From an uncultured virus (IMG/VR IMGVR_UViG_2061766007_000922) (Duplodnaviria > Heunggongvirae > Uroviricota > Caudoviricetes): 64,000 bases of DNA. The notes under the pieces are model-generated. The model was not told the DNA's origin. It searched no databases and worked only from the letters and a program-made list of their open reading frames with translations. Numbering within the stretch: position 1 is the stretch's first letter; every line of letters begins with the position of its first letter. The translations under genes and the position numbers were made by a program. The stretch lies in IMG/VR virus record IMGVR_UViG_2061766007_000922; one strand, given 5' to 3'. Of this stretch, positions 38,523 through 47,470 are shown piece by piece.

Positions 38523-38676
38523 TTTCAACGAATACATCCCGGCAGGTGGCTGGGTTAGGTTTAACAAGCGCAGGGCGTTCAAGCGCCGCGTTTTCCGCGT
38601 GGCTTGCAGCGCACTGGGCTGCGCCGTGCTGCTTGGCTTTTACGCCCTTGTGGGCTATGTTGAAAGGGGGATTTAG
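38515..38676 (+). CDS. Small membrane protein
   Basis: RBS aaggagg; hydrophobic C-terminus. Confidence 0.45.
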   Translation: MLNFNEYIPAGGWVRFNKRRAFKRRVFRVACSALGCAVLLGFYALVGYVERGI

Positions 38677-38677
38677 C

Positions 38678-38845
38678 GTGACGAACCTGGACCATTTTAA
38701 GCGCGGCATTACCGCCGAAAACCTTTGTGATAAAATTATGTGCAGCGAGTGCCCGTTTTTCGGCACCCGTGGGAACGCCCCTTGCACCGCCAGGCTTGCG
38801 GAATGGGCGCGGCAGGAATACAAGCCAGCAAAAAGGGAGGCATAG
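38678..38845 (+). CDS. Small Cys-rich hypothetical protein
   Basis: CSECPF..C..EWARQEY. Confidence 0.45.
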   Translation: MTNLDHFKRGITAENLCDKIMCSECPFFGTRGNAPCTARLAEWARQEYKPAKREA

Positions 38846-38846
38846 C

Positions 38847-39080
38847 ATGGCAACCAAAACGCAGAAGGAACTGATTAGGGAATACCTGGAACGCGGCAAT
38901 TCCCTCACGCCGATGGATGCCCTGGAATTGTTCGGGTGCTTTAGGCTTGCCACCCGCATCTTTGAACTCAAGCGGGAAGGGCTGGACATTGTGACGGACA
39001 TGGTGGAAAACAAGGCCACGGGCAAGCGATACGCCAGTTATCGCCTCGTGCCCGCCCCGGTGTGCAGTGACCCGCTTTGA
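38847..39080 (+). CDS. Winged helix-turn-helix protein (HTH_39-like)
   Basis: SLTPMDALELFGCFRLATRIFELK..YASYRL. Confidence 0.75.
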   Translation: MATKTQKELIREYLERGNSLTPMDALELFGCFRLATRIFELKREGLDIVTDMVENKATGKRYASYRLVPAPVCSDPL

Positions 39081-39105
39081 CAACGGAAAGCGCGAACTTT
39101 ACATT
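39077..39105 (+). promoter_or_regulatory. Sigma70-like promoter
   Basis: TTGACA-17-TACATT. Confidence 0.6.
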
Positions 39106-39167
39106 GTGCCCGTTGCTGGAAAGGGCTCCCCGGTTAGCGTTTCCCTTCCTTCCGTGAGGGGCTAACC

Positions 39168-39314
39168 ATGAAGCCAGTTTGCCGCAACCGCTTGACTATT
39201 GACTACACCGCCCGCGACGCCATTGAAGACCTTGAACTGGCAATTCGCAAGGCTGAACTGCAACGGAACAAGGAACCAGCCCGCAACGGCTTCCGCATTT
39301 GGAGGAAATGGTAA
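39168..39314 (+). CDS. Small hypothetical protein (48 aa)
   Basis: TAATG coupling to the next gene. Confidence 0.45.
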   Translation: MKPVCRNRLTIDYTARDAIEDLELAIRKAELQRNKEPARNGFRIWRKW

Positions 39315-40030
39315 TGGAACACAAACTTGAAGCCACAAACGAACTTTACTTGCAGTGCCGTGGCACCATTGAAAAGGCCTGCTGGGACGCCTGGCGCAAA
39401 AACCCGCTTTTGGAACTTGACGATTACCGCAGTTATGCAAATGAGGTTTTCATGGACGCGGTGAACTCCTTTGACCCGAATGCCGGGGTCAAGTTCAATT
39501 CCTGGCTCACCACGCAACTCCTGCGCCTTAAGCCATACGCGAACCGGGGCGGCGTTATGACCACCGACAGCCGTGGCACCGCCGAAAGCCTGGTTTTAAG
39601 CCTTGACGCGGCTGCAAGTGTGGACGGCAAGCCCTGCACCCTGCTGGACAAGAAGCAGCCCGCAAATGACGCCTATTCCGCCGAACTGGGGCTTCCCGCA
39701 TGGGCGACCAGTTGGGAACACCGCATGGCGAACTTGAAGCCGTACATGGGCGCCTTAAGCCCGGACGCCCGCACCATGGTGGACGACATTTTGGACGGCA
39801 ACGCGGCGAAGAAGGACGAACACGGCGTGCCCAAACTTGAACACGGGCGCCGCCTTTACGTGAAACTTACCCCGCGCCAGTTGTATGTTAGGCTTTACCG
39901 CCGCAGGGGGTGGAACTTTGAGCGCGTGCGTGACGCCCGCATTGAAGTGGAAAATATGCTTCGCAGGTGGGAGCCCTGCAAGTTGCCCGAGCCCGGCGAA
40001 CTTGTGCAGGTGCAGGAAGAACTTTTTTAG
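39314..40030 (+). CDS. Phage sigma-factor-like protein
   Basis: Region-2-like FMDAVNSFDPNAGVKFNSWL; LSLD; LSPDAR; ends QEELF. Confidence 0.7.
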   Translation: MEHKLEATNELYLQCRGTIEKACWDAWRKNPLLELDDYRSYANEVFMDAVNSFDPNAGVKFNSWLTTQLLRLKPYANRGGVMTTDSRGTAESLVLSLDAAASVDGKPCTLLDKKQPANDAYSAELGLPAWATSWEHRMANLKPYMGALSPDARTMVDDILDGNAAKKDEHGVPKLEHGRRLYVKLTPRQLYVRLYRRRGWNFERVRDARIEVENMLRRWEPCKLPEPGELVQVQEELF

Positions 40031-40049
40031 TTTTTTGCTATAATATGCC

Positions 40050-40388
40050 ATGGAACGAAAAATGCAGTTTTACCGAACAACCTGCTCCTTTGACGCGCAT
40101 GGCGGAAGAACCCATGTGGAAGGGCGCCTGCACGTTGAACTTGCGGACAGCCCCGAGGATGCAACCGCCAAGTCAATCGCCTACCTGGAATCGTGCCATT
40201 ATACGAACGTGAAGGTTCACGAATGCCACCCGGAAAGCGATGCGGAAAAGTACACCAAGGCGCGGGCAATTTGGAACGCGCCGGAAGGCCTTAAGGGAGC
40301 AGCCGACCGGGTTGCCGCAAAGGCCGAACAAAAGCCGGAACCGCAGCCCCAGGTGCCTGCCGGGGAATATAGCGACGATTTGTTTTAA
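40050..40388 (+). CDS. Hypothetical protein with Pro/Gln linker and C-terminal SDDLF
   Basis: ATG 5 nt after TGCTATAAT. Confidence 0.6.
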   Translation: MERKMQFYRTTCSFDAHGGRTHVEGRLHVELADSPEDATAKSIAYLESCHYTNVKVHECHPESDAEKYTKARAIWNAPEGLKGAADRVAAKAEQKPEPQPQVPAGEYSDDLF

Positions 40389-40401
40389 CGGAGTTTTTGG
40401 A

Positions 40402-40575
40402 ATGATAAAGTTTAGTTTTGGACCCAACGGCGAATTTTTCATGGAAAGCAGCGAAGCCCTTTCCGCCGAAGCGGTGGACCTTGCGGAGTTGCTTTACAAG
40501 CGCATAATGAACGCCCGCAGCGAATGCGACATTATACATGACGCCAGGCGCGGAATGTACGGGGACGAAGACTGA
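40402..40575 (+). CDS. Small hypothetical protein
   Basis: RBS ggag; TGATG coupling to helicase. Confidence 0.45.
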   Translation: MIKFSFGPNGEFFMESSEALSAEAVDLAELLYKRIMNARSECDIIHDARRGMYGDED

Positions 40576-41999
40576 TGGCCGGGGAAGTGGAGCGCGTTGA
40601 CGTAAGCGTGGAAGGCCGCATTTTGGGCAACCTAATCACCTCCGGGGAACTGCTCGGCAAGGTGCGCCCAATAGTTGACCCGACACTTTTTGAAAGCCCG
40701 GTGAGCCGCATTGTGGCGCAGTGGGTGCTTGACTACTTTGACCGTCTGCATGAAGCGCCGGGCAAGGCAATCACGGACGTGTACATTGCCAGGCGCGAAG
40801 AACTGAACGAGGCGGACGCCGGGCTTGTGAAGGCCTTTTTGAAAAACTGCTCCGCAACCTGGAAGCCGACGAACGTGGCATTTGCCGAAGGCATGGCGAC
40901 CAGGTTTTTCCAGGGGCGTTCCCTGGACCGCTTGATTGAAAACCTAAAAACAAAGGCCGGAGGCGGGAACATTGAAGGCGCCCAGCGGCTCATCGCGGAA
41001 TACGTGAAGCCGGAACTGGTGCATTCCCGTTCCATTGACCTGCTGCGCGGCGGCAGCGCTTCCGTGTCCGCAATCCAGCACGCATTCCAAAACGAGGACG
41101 AAGAACTTTTTGCACTGCGCGGCGGAATGAACAAACTTGTGGGCGGACCCTTGTGCCGTGGCGAACTGGTGGCTTTCCTTGCGCCGCCCAAAAGCGGGAA
41201 AACCTGGTGGATGATTGATACCGCCATTGCGGCAATGACGCGCGGGCAAAGGGTGCTTTTTGTTAGCCTGGAAATGACGGAAGACCAGGTTGTGCGCAGG
41301 TTTTGGCAAAACCTTTCCGCCCGCAGCCGCTTCGGGGAAAAGGCGCCCGGCAGCGCGTTCCAGCAGAACGGGAACAAGTGGGACCTGGTGGAAGGGGAAC
41401 GCAGCACCGCCCGCGTGGAACTTGACGGCGCCAGCATTGAGGCGGTTCAAAAAACGTACCTGCAAACCGGGGACGGCGATTTGAAAATTCGCTGCTACCC
41501 GCCGCGCACCCTTACGCTTCAAAAGTTGCGCAGCGAGTTGAAGGTGCTGGAAGTTTTTGAAAACTTTGTGCCGGACGTGATTGTGCTGGACTACGGCGAT
41601 ATTATGGCGTTGCCGCCCGGCAGGGAACGCCGCCTGCAACTGGACGAACTTTGGCTGGGCTTGCGAAACATTACCCTGGAAATGAACAACTTAATTGTCA
41701 CGGCAAGCCAAACCAACCGCGAAACCATTGGGGGCAAGCGCGACGCAGACGAAACGAACACGGCGGAATGCGCCAGCAAGGTGAACCACGTGACGCGCAT
41801 GATAACAATTAACCGCAGCCCCAGGGACAAGAAACTGGGCATTTACCGAATGTCCTGCCAAACTATGCGCGACGGCCGAGAGTGCTTTGAAAGCCTTGTG
41901 GTGGTGAATTGCCTGGAAATAGGGCGCCCGTGGATGGACGACCGCTTCATGGACGAGGTGAATTTCCCGCGTGAACACGGCGAAGAAGACGAAAACTAG
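40575..41999 (+). CDS. DnaB-like replicative helicase
   Basis: APPKSGKT, FVSLEM, VLDYGD, TASQTNR. Confidence 0.9.
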   Translation: MAGEVERVDVSVEGRILGNLITSGELLGKVRPIVDPTLFESPVSRIVAQWVLDYFDRLHEAPGKAITDVYIARREELNEADAGLVKAFLKNCSATWKPTNVAFAEGMATRFFQGRSLDRLIENLKTKAGGGNIEGAQRLIAEYVKPELVHSRSIDLLRGGSASVSAIQHAFQNEDEELFALRGGMNKLVGGPLCRGELVAFLAPPKSGKTWWMIDTAIAAMTRGQRVLFVSLEMTEDQVVRRFWQNLSARSRFGEKAPGSAFQQNGNKWDLVEGERSTARVELDGASIEAVQKTYLQTGDGDLKIRCYPPRTLTLQKLRSELKVLEVFENFVPDVIVLDYGDIMALPPGRERRLQLDELWLGLRNITLEMNNLIVTASQTNRETIGGKRDADETNTAECASKVNHVTRMITINRSPRDKKLGIYRMSCQTMRDGRECFESLVVVNCLEIGRPWMDDRFMDEVNFPREHGEEDEN

Positions 42000-42012
42000 C
42001 AAGGAGTGTAAA

Positions 42013-42408
42013 ATGGATTTAGAAGAAATTAAGCGCGGCCTTCGCGCCGAAATTAAGAAAAGGGAAAATGAGCAGTATGCTACATTCCAGTGCAATGTTC
42101 GGCAGATGTGCAAGGATGTGCTTGCCAAACTTGAAGAGCAGGAATCGGTGATTGCGGAACTGAAAGCCGATTATAAGGAAGCCTGCGGACGCTTGCAAAC
42201 TGCAAACCTCATCAAGGATGAACAACTTGCAGCAACTCGCCACTCCAAATATAAGCGGTGTCTTAACAAGGCCGAATGGTGCGAAGAACGAAGTGCGCGA
42301 TATGATGCCTTGCAGGAACGAACGGGTTTTGATTGGAGTAGGGAAATTGGCTTTTATTTTAACTGGTGCCAGCGTTGGCTGGACCTTGCAAAGAAATTCA
42401 AGGAGTAA
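42013..42408 (+). CDS. Hypothetical coiled-coil protein
   Basis: RBS aaggag. Confidence 0.6.
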   Translation: MDLEEIKRGLRAEIKKRENEQYATFQCNVRQMCKDVLAKLEEQESVIAELKADYKEACGRLQTANLIKDEQLAATRHSKYKRCLNKAEWCEERSARYDALQERTGFDWSREIGFYFNWCQRWLDLAKKFKE

Positions 42409-42412
42409 TGCA

Positions 42413-42730
42413 ATGCAGAACCAAAACAACAAGACCGCCGACGGTTCCTACTACGACGGCAAGTTTGAAACCATTGAATACATTGAGCACGTAGTGGACG
42501 CGCTTGTTAAAAACGGGCTTGAACCAAAACGCGCCTACTGCGTGGGGCAGGCGCTCAAGTACCTTTCCAGCCGCCTGGGCGCCAAATCGGACACCCCGGT
42601 GGAACTGGACTTGCAGAAGGCCGAAAACTACGTTTACCGCGCTTTGTGGGGCGAATGGATTGACCCGGAATTTTTGTGGAAGCCCGCCACGCCCAAGGAA
42701 GGCAAAAAGCGCCGCGAAGGGGCACGCTGA
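42413..42730 (+). CDS. DUF3310 (T7 gp1.7 nucleotide-kinase-like) protein
   Basis: YY..ETIEYIE..YCVGQALKY..RLGAK..DLQKAENY. Confidence 0.7.
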   Translation: MQNQNNKTADGSYYDGKFETIEYIEHVVDALVKNGLEPKRAYCVGQALKYLSSRLGAKSDTPVELDLQKAENYVYRALWGEWIDPEFLWKPATPKEGKKRREGAR

Positions 42731-42840
42731 CGCCCGTTTCGCGCCCATGCCCGCCTTGTTATGTGCCCAGGTGCAAAACGCCCGGCACGCGCACGGAAAC
42801 CGTCTTTGTGTCCCCGGCTTCCGTGCGTTTTTTTGTTTGC

Positions 42841-42931
42841 AAAATTTTACATAAAAATTTAAAAAATCACTTGCATATCTAGCAAATAAATGCTATATTA
42901 AGGCTATAAGCAATTAACAATTAGCAAGGAG
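42841..42931 (+). promoter_or_regulatory. Repeated early promoter/leader cassette, copy C
   Basis: TTGCAT (42871)-17-TATATT (42894); preceded by terminator hairpin 42789-42834. Confidence 0.85.
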
Positions 42932-42938
42932 TTGAACC

Positions 42939-43205
42939 ATGACACCGATTGAAAAACTTGACGCCTACTTCCACCGCCACGATGGCGAAATTTTGGTGCC
43001 GTGCTGCGGCTGGCGCCCGGCAAAGCCCGCAAGGGACTTCAAGGCCGGGGACGTTATGGTTTGCACTGGCGGCGCAACGCAGGAAGTTGTAGAAGTTGCC
43101 CAGTGCGGAAAGACGATGGTTCACCTTTTTGTTAAGTGCGGCGACGGCAACGTTTACGACAAGCGCTGCAAGGCCGCAACCCTTTACGCATACCAGGAGG
43201 CATAA
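42939..43205 (+). CDS. Early hypothetical protein
   Basis: Directly under cassette C. Confidence 0.6.
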   Translation: MTPIEKLDAYFHRHDGEILVPCCGWRPAKPARDFKAGDVMVCTGGATQEVVEVAQCGKTMVHLFVKCGDGNVYDKRCKAATLYAYQEA

Positions 43206-43351
43206 AATGAAAAAGCGCTGCGCAACCTACATTTCCACCCGCACCGGGGTTTCCCTTCGGTTTAAACGCTGGCTGGAAATTATTTCGGACACCGNNNNNN
43301 NNNNTAAGCGCTGCAAGGCTGCAACCCTTTACGCATACCAGGAGGCATAAA

Positions 43352-43543
43352 ATGAAAAAGCACTGCGGACGCTACACTTCCACGAAAACCGGAATCACCA
43401 TGGGCTTCAAACGCTGGCTGGAGTGCATTTGCCAGGTGGAGTTCAAGACCGAACTTTGCATGACCGCCCCCAGCCTTTGGGCTGGTGTGGTTGACCGATT
43501 TGACCAGTACGTTGCGGAAGGGATTTTGGTGCCAGTTTTGTAA
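43352..43543 (+). CDS. Early hypothetical protein (second allele begins at 43207, cut by gap)
   Basis: MKKHCGRYTSTKTG vs MKKRCATYISTRTG. Confidence 0.55.
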   Translation: MKKHCGRYTSTKTGITMGFKRWLECICQVEFKTELCMTAPSLWAGVVDRFDQYVAEGILVPVL

Positions 43544-43627
43544 ATAAAAATTTTACAAAAAATCACTTGCACATCTAGCAAATAAATGCTATATTAAGGT
43601 CATAAGCAATTAACAATTAGCAAGGAG
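43540..43627 (+). promoter_or_regulatory. Repeated early promoter/leader cassette, copy D
   Basis: TTGCAC (43567)-17-TATATT (43590). Confidence 0.85.
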
Positions 43628-43634
43628 CAAGACC

Positions 43635-44614
43635 ATGAACCACGAAGAAATTATTGCCAAGGTGAACGCAGCCCTGGACGAAAAGAACCTCAACTTTGAA
43701 GCCAAAATGGCGGAAACCTTTGCCATGGTGGACGGCGTTTACGTGCCGACCGGCAAGTTTACCCCGGTGCGCACGGACAAGCAGGGAAAGGACGCCGTTA
43801 TTGGCGGGGGNNNNNNNNNNNNNNNNNNNNNNNNNNNNNNNNNNNNNNNNNNNNNNNNNNNNNNNNNNNCGAAATGGCGGAGGTTGCCGACATTGAATTT
43901 GTGAACGTTGGCTCCTGGGGCAACGGCGCGGGCGTTTTTGCGCAGATTAGCCTTGGGGAAATGGACGCGATTGGCTCCAGCGGCGACCGCGTTGGCAAGT
44001 ACCTTTCGCTCGTAAATAGCCACGACGGCTCCCGCTCGTTGCAGTTGCTGGTGACGCCCTTCCGCTTCTTTTGCAGCAACCAAATTTCCAAGGCAATAGG
44101 CGACGCCGCGAAGAACAACCGCATTATTTTCATTTACCACAACGCCCACGGCGCCGACCGCCTGCGCGAACTTGCCGAGGCCATGCACACCGCCCAGGGC
44201 GTGCTGGAAAGCAGCGAGGTGGCCTACAAGCGCCTGGCGGACCGCCGCATTACCCTGGACGAAGCCCGCGAGGCCATGTTCCGCCTCTTCCCGGTGCCCG
44301 TGGACAGCCGCACCGGAACCACCGAGCGCATTCGCCGCACCTGGGAAAACAAGGTGCGCGGCCTGGTTGGGCGCTTCAACGATGCCGACGGCGGCAGGAT
44401 GGAACGCCTTACGGGATGGAACCTTTACAACGCCATCCAGGGCACCTTCCAGCACGACACCAAAAAGACGGCAATGTACGAAAAATCCGTGCTGCTGGGC
44501 GACATTCGCACCAAATCGGAACTTTCCCTGGCGGTGGTGAACGATGTTTTGTTTAACGGCTACGCCAAGACCAGCGACGAAAACTTTGACCGCTTGTTCG
44601 CCAGCGTGGCATAA
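43635..44614 (+). CDS. DUF932 family protein (spans an N gap)
   Basis: LNFEA..RTD; YLSLVNSHDGS..TPFRFFCSNQ..H; TGWNLYNAI. Confidence 0.8.
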
Positions 44615-44634
44615 TGTCAAAAGGAGAAACCAAA

Positions 44635-45246
44635 ATGGACCCGCGCAAAATTTTGAAGGACCTAAACTACCGCATTGAAACCGCCGAAGAAAACGACCCG
44701 GAACGCGAAAACGCAATCCGCCTCCGCGACCGCCTTTTGCAACGCTTTGGACTGCAACTTTCCGACATTTGCGATGTACGCACGTGTCGGGCTTTCGGCA
44801 AGTACAACTTCAACGAGACAATTATTGCCTTTCAATACTTCCGCAAGCGCCTGGGCATTGCAAAAAGCGGAACTGCGCCCTTTATGCTGGAATCGTACAT
44901 TTACGGCAATGCAGCCAAAACAAATCGGAACCGCATCATAGAAATAGACCTTACCGATGAGGAATACGCGCAGCACAAGCCCATAGTTGAGAATTTCGTG
45001 AAAATGTTTGCCGGGTGCATGAAGAAACTTGAGGCCGACCTAAAGGCGGAAGCCAACCGCAGGCGCGAGGCCACCAGGTACGCATTTTGTGAAAAGGCCA
45101 ACCTGCTGAACGACCCAAGCCCGGAAGATGCGCCAAAGAAGCCTTCCTGGGGCTTGTCCGAGGCCATGAAGGCGGCAAGGGATTTGGATGGGCTGGTGTT
45201 CCCCGAATCGCACCTTGGGCAAGAACTTAAAATGCTGCCGGGCTAA
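44635..45246 (+). CDS. Hypothetical protein
   Basis: RBS aaaggagaaaccaaa, same as before the portal. Confidence 0.6.
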   Translation: MDPRKILKDLNYRIETAEENDPERENAIRLRDRLLQRFGLQLSDICDVRTCRAFGKYNFNETIIAFQYFRKRLGIAKSGTAPFMLESYIYGNAAKTNRNRIIEIDLTDEEYAQHKPIVENFVKMFAGCMKKLEADLKAEANRRREATRYAFCEKANLLNDPSPEDAPKKPSWGLSEAMKAARDLDGLVFPESHLGQELKMLPG

Positions 45247-45317
45247 ATTTTAAAATATGGTGTAAAGTTTTATTAACAAAGCAAAAAATCCGGGAAATAA
45301 AATGTAAATTTGCGTAC

Positions 45318-46124
45318 ATGACGCTAAAGCCAAGCAAGCCGCAAAAGAAGTATCGGGCACGCACCAAGAAACTGGGCGAGCAGCCCCTGCACATAGGGGA
45401 CACCCTCCCGCCCCTTTCCGATGGAACCCTGCGCACCGCCGCCGACGTGTTCCCGGATTGGAAAAAACTTGGCGCAAGCATGGACGAAGTCTACTTTGCC
45501 GCCGAATACCTTTTGAACGGGTTCAATGCAAGCGAAGCCGCCAGGTACGTGCATCCGGAGGCGAGCCCAAATAGTTGGGGCTCCTTCGGTTCCCAGTACC
45601 TTCGCCGCCCCGTGGTGCAGCAACTACTGAACGACTACACTTCGGCATGGCTGCGCGGAAAGGCCTTTGAACTGGAACACAACCTGATGGAAACCCTGGA
45701 GGCCTTGGCGTTCTACGATGTGTCAAGGTTTTTAAATCCCGATGGAACTTTAGCCTTCAAGAACTGGAACGAGTTGCCCGAACCCCTGCGCCGCTGCGTT
45801 GAAGGGGTGGAGGTGAAGTTCTTTGGCGCCAACGCCCAGCGGCAGACCGTTTCCCTGCAACTTGCCAAGCGTGCGGACGCCCTTAAGGCCATCGCCAACT
45901 ACGTGGCAATTATGCGGAACGGACCGCTTGCCCAGGGCGCAAGCAACGGCGCAAGCGTAAGCGCCGAGGCCGAACTGGTGCTGAACGCCGTTTTCAATTC
46001 CGGGCGCAAACTGGACCGCCGCACCCCGGCGCAAATAAGGGCTGACAAGGCACGCGAGGAAGCGCAGGCGGCTGACGCCGCGCCCATGCCGGAAAACGCC
46101 GTGTCCTTTAGCGGGTTGGGGTGA
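45318..46124 (+). CDS. terS: Terminase small subunit
   Basis: FAAEYLLNGFNASEAAR..LRRPVVQ; ALAFYD; precedes TerL. Confidence 0.8.
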   Translation: MTLKPSKPQKKYRARTKKLGEQPLHIGDTLPPLSDGTLRTAADVFPDWKKLGASMDEVYFAAEYLLNGFNASEAARYVHPEASPNSWGSFGSQYLRRPVVQQLLNDYTSAWLRGKAFELEHNLMETLEALAFYDVSRFLNPDGTLAFKNWNELPEPLRRCVEGVEVKFFGANAQRQTVSLQLAKRADALKAIANYVAIMRNGPLAQGASNGASVSAEAELVLNAVFNSGRKLDRRTPAQIRADKAREEAQAADAAPMPENAVSFSGLG

Positions 46125-46127
46125 TGC

Positions 46128-47456
46128 ATGGCCTTCAAGTGGACGCCGGAACTTTTGTGCAGGGTTCGCGATTACCCGCACCTGCTGGGGCACATGGTGG
46201 GCAAGGACAAACTCACCGAACTGCACTCCGATTGGATTAAACTCATTTGGGACACCCCGCCTGGCGAACACGCCAGCCTTATGTCCCATCGCGGCGCCTA
46301 CAAAACCACCGCAATCACCGAATGCGGAATTATTTACCACCTGCTTTTCCACCCTTCCGACCGAATTGCACTAATTCGCGAAACCTGGACGGAAGCCGCA
46401 AAAACCCTGGACACCATTAAAAAGTACATGGAAAGCCCGGCAATAAAGTCCCTTTTTGCCTATGCGCACCAGGGAAAGGAGCCAAAGGCGGTTAAAAGCC
46501 CGGAGGGCAGCGTGCTTTTCAACTTCAAGCAAAGCATAACAAAGGAAAATTCCATTGACGCCTACGGAATAAACCAGGTGCCAACGGGTTCCCACTACGA
46601 CCGCATTTTGTGCGACGACATTGTGACCATAAATTCCCGGCTTTCCCGTGCAAGGCGCGAAATGGTGAAGCAGGGCGTGCTGGAAATTGTGACCAACATT
46701 ATAGACCCCGGCAAAAGTTGCTTCTTTGTTGGAACGCCGTGGCACTACGATGACGCCTGGGCAATGAAGAACGACGACGGGGAACTTATTATTCCCGAGC
46801 CGTGGAAGTACCGTCCCTCCGACACTGGCATTTTAAGCCCCGAGGAATTGCAGAAAAAGCGCAAAAGCACCACCTCCAGCCTATTCGCGATTAACTATAT
46901 GCTGGACGCAAGCGTGCGCGACGAAGGCCAAATTTTTGACGAGCCCATTTACGGAACCTGGGACTGGAACCTGCGCCCCACGCGCATTCACGCCCACCTG
47001 GATGCGGCATGGGACGGCACCTGCACCAACGCGCTCACCATTATGGCGGAACGCCCGGACGGGCTTATCCAGGCCTTCGGCAAGGTTTACCCCGGCACCT
47101 TTAACGAATGCAAGCGCGACGTGGCGGTGCAGTGCGCCGAACGGCACGCCCGCACCTTCCACATTGAAAAGAACCCGGACAAGGGAATGGCTGCGGGCGA
47201 ACTGCGTGCAATTCCCGGCTTCCCGGTTGTGCGTGCATACCAGGAGCGCATGAACAAGGACATCAAAATTGTTTCCTACCTTAAGCGCTACTGGAACCGC
47301 ATTGTTTGGGACCCGAATACCGACCCGAACTACCTAAACCAAATTAACGACTACCGACCTGGGCAGGACCCGCGTGATGCCCCGGACAGCGCTTCTTCGC
47401 TTTTGCGCGAAGCCTTCTACAAGGGCGGCGGCGCTTCGGCACTTTACACGCTTTAA
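46128..47456 (+). CDS. terL: Terminase large subunit
   Basis: HRGAYKTT, TGSHYDRILCDD, GTPWHYDD, HLDAA, RDAPDS. Confidence 0.9.
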   Translation: MAFKWTPELLCRVRDYPHLLGHMVGKDKLTELHSDWIKLIWDTPPGEHASLMSHRGAYKTTAITECGIIYHLLFHPSDRIALIRETWTEAAKTLDTIKKYMESPAIKSLFAYAHQGKEPKAVKSPEGSVLFNFKQSITKENSIDAYGINQVPTGSHYDRILCDDIVTINSRLSRARREMVKQGVLEIVTNIIDPGKSCFFVGTPWHYDDAWAMKNDDGELIIPEPWKYRPSDTGILSPEELQKKRKSTTSSLFAINYMLDASVRDEGQIFDEPIYGTWDWNLRPTRIHAHLDAAWDGTCTNALTIMAERPDGLIQAFGKVYPGTFNECKRDVAVQCAERHARTFHIEKNPDKGMAAGELRAIPGFPVVRAYQERMNKDIKIVSYLKRYWNRIVWDPNTDPNYLNQINDYRPGQDPRDAPDSASSLLREAFYKGGGASALYTL

Positions 47457-47470
47457 AAGGAGAAACCAAA

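Noticed and set aside
16743..43627. CRISPR-like repeats
   Set aside because: Repeats are dispersed, ~90 bp long and contain promoter/SD elements; there is no spacer array.
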